Positions 46,926 to 49,785 of a stretch of DNA of 49,785 nt are shown in pieces. Position numbers and translations under genes: made by a program. This DNA comes from Pseudomonadota bacterium. Lineage in GTDB: Bacteria > Desulfobacterota > Desulfobacteria > Desulfobacterales > RPRI01. Position 1 is the stretch's first letter. Each line of letters begins with the position of its first letter. The notes beneath the pieces are model-generated. The model was not told where the DNA came from, made no database searches, and was given only the letters and a program-made list of their open reading frames with translations. Where the stretch lies: positions 1 through 49,785 of the forward strand of contig JBDRRF010000091.1 of assembly GCA_043825875.1 (NCBI GenBank), given 5' to 3'.

Positions 46926-47255
46926 TCAATTGCTTATTATAATCCTTGTTTCCGATTTACTATTTTTAAATCGTGTGTTTACGAATCCCGAACAAATACA
47001 GAAGTTGTGGAAAACATCAGATTCATCAAGTTCTCTGGAAAACTTGTATCCAGAAACCACGAATTCAATCTGTGCTCCAAGTGCAACTTGGACTTGGCTC
47101 ATCCCTGCCTCAGAATCGTCAATGTATGACATGCAATCAATCCACGCATCCCAGTTACTGCCATAGAAATCGGGAAAACCCATGACCTTTGCAAAGGCAG
47201 CATGAAATGTTTCTTCATCTTTGAAGATATCAAATGGGAGATGGATAGTTTTCAT
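46926..47255 (-). CDS. Cassette C: barstar-family protein
   Basis: GFPDFYGSNWDAWIDCM signature; start is ATG 47255 downstream of core GTTGGGC (the track start lies inside the attC). Confidence 0.85.
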   Translation of the reverse strand: MKTIHLPFDIFKDEETFHAAFAKVMGFPDFYGSNWDAWIDCMSYIDDSEAGMSQVQVALGAQIEFVVSGYKFSRELDESDVFHNFCICSGFVNTRFKNSKSETRIIISN

Positions 47256-47263
47256 AATTCTTT

Positions 47264-47406
47264 GCCCAACGTTTGAGTTAAGGGGCCACCGACCGCAGGG
47301 AGGGAACAAGGTACCACTAAATTATGCAAAGAGTAACACTGTTCCAAAGTTGTCACAGATTTTGAAAAAGCCGCCCCTTGTGGTCCGCTGCAATGATTGG
47401 TTAACT
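47264..47406 (-). other. attC site
   Basis: Minus strand AGTTAAC-caatcaTTGCAGCGGACCAC...GTGGCCCCTTAActcaaac-GTTGGGC. Confidence 0.85.
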
Positions 47407-47415
47407 ATCAATAAT

Positions 47416-47724
47416 TTATTTTAACGTTTCCTGAATATATAAGGTAATTGCTGTAATTGTGAAAGATATGATACCTGTTAGAGCATATTTCCACCATGCT
47501 TTTATCCATTTTGAGCGCTTCCCATTGTCCCAAATAGGCCAAGGATACAACCGGGCGTGGTAAAACAAATTCATTGTTTTTTTAAATTTAGGATCACTAT
47601 AAAATTCTTTTTCATTTCCCAAAAGCCTAAACATTGGATATAAAAATATTCTTAAAAAGCAGTATCCAGTAACCATATTGGAAATTATGTAAATAATTAT
47701 ATTTAGAGCTTTTAAATATTCCAT
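47416..47724 (-). CDS. Cassette B: two-TM hypothetical protein
   Basis: Bounded by 11-bp complementary ends GTTAACTATCA / TGATAGTTAAC. Confidence 0.75.
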   Translation of the reverse strand: MEYLKALNIIIYIISNMVTGYCFLRIFLYPMFRLLGNEKEFYSDPKFKKTMNLFYHARLYPWPIWDNGKRSKWIKAWWKYALTGIISFTITAITLYIQETLK

Positions 47725-47740
47725 AAATACTCGGACTGAT

Positions 47741-47802
47741 AGTTAACGCCCGGCATAAGGCGCGGCGGCTTTTTGCCGTCGATCTTAATGCCGTTGTTCG
47801 CT
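47741..47802 (-). other. attC site (62 bp)
   Basis: Minus strand AGCGAAC-aaCGGCATTAAG-atcgaCGGCaaaaaGCCGccgcgc-CTTATGCCG-ggc-GTTAACT. Confidence 0.88.
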
Positions 47803-48245
47803 TAAATAGCGATTTTGTAAAATCCCTGTTCTTTAAAAAAGAAGCTTTTATCAAGAATCTGTTGTAATGATATTTCTTCCATTACTTTAGGCGATTCCTG
47901 AAAATCTCCATCCCAAATTCCATATATCTCAATTTCAGATTCTTCGGTTGACCTGAGAAGCTTCACTAGCGCATCACGGTTGTATGTATCTGTGGCTTCC
48001 CACTCTGGATCGTCGTCATCATCGTCATCAAAAATTGGCCATTGGCCATTTTGTAAAGTGACGTGTGGAAAATCACAACCGCATCCAGATGTCGCGCCAA
48101 CATATTGAACTTCAGATTTACTAAAATGAGCCTTGATTGGTTGATCTCTCTCTGAAAGAGATTCCACACATAAATCTGGTGCTTCCTTATCCCATTTTTT
48201 TCTTGGAATGGATTTCTCTGTTCCGACGTAAAGTACAAAACACAT
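47802..48245 (-). CDS. Cassette A: acidic hypothetical protein with a CGC motif
   Basis: 147-aa ORF bounded by GTTCGCT (48262) and AGCGAAC. Confidence 0.8.
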   Translation of the reverse strand: MCFVLYVGTEKSIPRKKWDKEAPDLCVESLSERDQPIKAHFSKSEVQYVGATSGCGCDFPHVTLQNGQWPIFDDDDDDDPEWEATDTYNRDALVKLLRSTEESEIEIYGIWDGDFQESPKVMEEISLQQILDKSFFFKEQGFYKIAI

Positions 48246-48255
48246 ATTTTCACCA

Positions 48256-48285
48256 AGCGAACAAGTAATTATACAGTTTTGGATA
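48256..48285 (-). other. Putative attI-like site heading the array
   Basis: Minus strand AAAACTGTATAATTACTT-GTTCGCT. The core matches the first cassette's inverse core and no attC stem lies upstream. Confidence 0.6.
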
Positions 48286-48527
48286 GCTTCACCATTGTAA
48301 GAAACTCTGGAAAGGTTAAGAACAAATTATTCTAAAACCAAAAGTTAGCTACACAAAACTTGTAATTTATTTATTTTATTATATTCAATAATTATATAGC
48401 TTATTAACAGATTTTTTATGGTAATATTTTTCTATCTTTATGTATATCATTCTATTTTTCGGTTCATATAGAAGGATGATTCTTTTACATTGAATCCTCA
48501 ATATCCCGCATAGCCTGCCCTAAAAAA

Positions 48528-48873
48528 ACAAAAGCCCCATGCTTCAATTATCTGAAGATTGGGGCTTTTTATATCCGGTCATGTTCAATCCTTTTGAGAC
48601 CTTTGCAAAACGCCCCTTTTTACCCGATTCCATAGTCAGGCTCAAATTTCAATCCTCGAAATACCCGATGTATTCCTGTGGTTGAAATTTCCGCCTTCCT
48701 TGAACTTGAGCAAAATTGAACATTTTTCTAAAGTTTCATCCTATAAATAATAAAATGAGATAATGGATTCTTGTTTCCAGAAAATGCCAAAACGGTATAA
48801 ATTGTATAATGAACAACAATACAAAATTTTGGCTAACACTTTGGATAAATTAAATCAATAATTATTTATATTG
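48528..48873 (+). repeat. Duplicated array-leader region, copy 2
   Basis: Colinear with 35107-35475. Confidence 0.92.
48596..48737 (-). mobile_element. 142-bp MITE subfamily B copy
   Basis: Same length and core (AAATTTCAATCCTCGAAATAC..GTATTCCTGTGGTTGAAATTT) as subfamily A reversed; GAGAC-type end. Confidence 0.85.
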
Positions 48874-48917
48874 AAAATTATTCAAAAACTATTCTTTCAA
48901 GTACTGCAACATTGCCG

Positions 48918-49597
48918 CTACTTACCGTATTTCCGTTTCTTTTCTTTAACTGTAAAACCTATTTTCTTCTTCGGCTTGCTTTCAACAACCAACATATGAT
49001 CCAACGTCTCAAATACAACCTGGAAACGATCTTCGGTAATTTTTTTGAGTTCTTCAAGCTCTTTTCTGAGATCAGCATTCTCAAGAAGCATCCGACTTAA
49101 TTTTGCAAATGTCCTCATGATCTGAGCCACTTTCAAAACGTTTCAGTTTGGTCAAGGTCAAGGCGGGTGAAAATTTTAACCGCAGGAATACACGGAGTAT
49201 TTCGAGGATTAAAATTTTCACCCAACGCAGAGATCGGCCAAAATGGGGCGTTTTGAAACTGGCTCATCTGTATATTTACATAAATCGGCACGTTTGCTGT
49301 TTAAAACGCTGGAAAGCATGGCAACACCTTGTTCAGTAAAGGCCATGGGTTTATATCTCAAGCCCATCTTGTCGGCATTGGAGGTCACAAATTGTGACCT
49401 CCAATTTTCAAATTCTTCTATTGACAGCTCAAACATGAAGTCAGGAGGGAAGCGGTCAATGTTTCTTCTGACCGCCTTTTTAGGACTTTTGTCTCTACTT
49501 CGTAGAGCTCTGCTAAGTCTCTATCAAGCATAACCTTTGAATCCCTTATAAAGTATATTTTGCTGACAATCGTTTCTGCTGGTAATAATTCAGTCAT
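48918..49597 (-). pseudogene. ORF6N-domain DNA-binding protein, disrupted
   Basis: [36 protein letters not shown] and KKIGF. 1-nt deletion near 49478, 1-nt insertion near 49287, and a MITE insertion. Confidence 0.9.
49124..49265 (+). mobile_element. 142-bp MITE subfamily A inserted in the ORF6N gene
   Basis: TSD ATCT (49120-49123, 49266-49269); removal restores NIQIMRTF. Confidence 0.95.
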
Positions 49598-49634
49598 TAC
49601 TATGATCCTTCGGGTTTAATATCCGCATTTCCTT

Positions 49635-49785
49635 TTACGTTTGGATCTCATAGTTTTTTTTATAAATAAGACGTGGGTTTTCCATAATAACGGTTGTATC
49701 AGGTCTTACAGATTCGGTTATCCAGACATTTCCGCCGATCACCGAACGTTTGCCAATTACTGTATTTCCACCAAGTATAGTTGCG
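49635..49785 (-). CDS. cysE: C-terminus of a serine O-acetyltransferase (runs off the window)
   Basis: ATILGGNTVIGKRSVIGGNVWITESV hexapeptide repeats; TAA at 49635-49637. Confidence 0.75.
   Translation of the reverse strand, partial: ATILGGNTVIGKRSVIGGNVWITESVRPDTTVIMENPRLIYKKNYEIQT

Noticed and set aside
48918..49436. Two separate 72-aa genes in the ORF track
   Set aside because: Both are pieces of one ORF6N pseudogene split by the MITE and frameshifts.
1..49785. CRISPR array, rRNA or tRNA
   Set aside because: No regularly spaced identical repeats with unique spacers, and no rRNA or tRNA signature recognised by eye.

Overview
AT-rich bacterial chromosome segment. Gene content and repeat families resemble a sulfate-reducing Desulfobacterota; this is inference only. 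Positions 1-22300 are mostly ordinary genes: an SDR, a cupin, a sensor kinase with a sigma-54 regulator, trxC, a TPR protein, a PAS/GAF hybrid kinase, TauE, lolA, nadA, a sirtuin, a GatZ/KbaZ-like protein, an O-methyltransferase, a free ThrRS-editing domain and an HI0933 flavoprotein. From about 22300 onward, apart from sbcDC, the window is an accessory patchwork. Main observations: (1) two integrase-less integron cassette arrays on the minus strand (about 32.5-34.9 kb and 45.9-48.3 kb), each preceded by the same duplicated ~350-bp leader and an ORF6N gene or remnant where intI would be expected; the second array has exact cassette core/inverse-core matches and an attI-like start; (2) a RAYT/Y1 transposase plus a family of GGGGTCA-AACCTTGA-like motifs and longer direct repeats that bracket single accessory genes, one of which cuts an attC site; (3) a ~1.8-kb foreign-looking segment with a 175-codon frame interrupted only by TGA codons, suggesting a donor with reassigned UGA; (4) a 142-bp MITE family with 4-bp target duplications and a ~22-bp unit that repeatedly lands at one internal site; (5) a duplication of the cysE 3' end bounding an 8.6-kb island; (6) several toxin-antitoxin loci, two with dead toxins. 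All calls were made by eye; no database searches were run.
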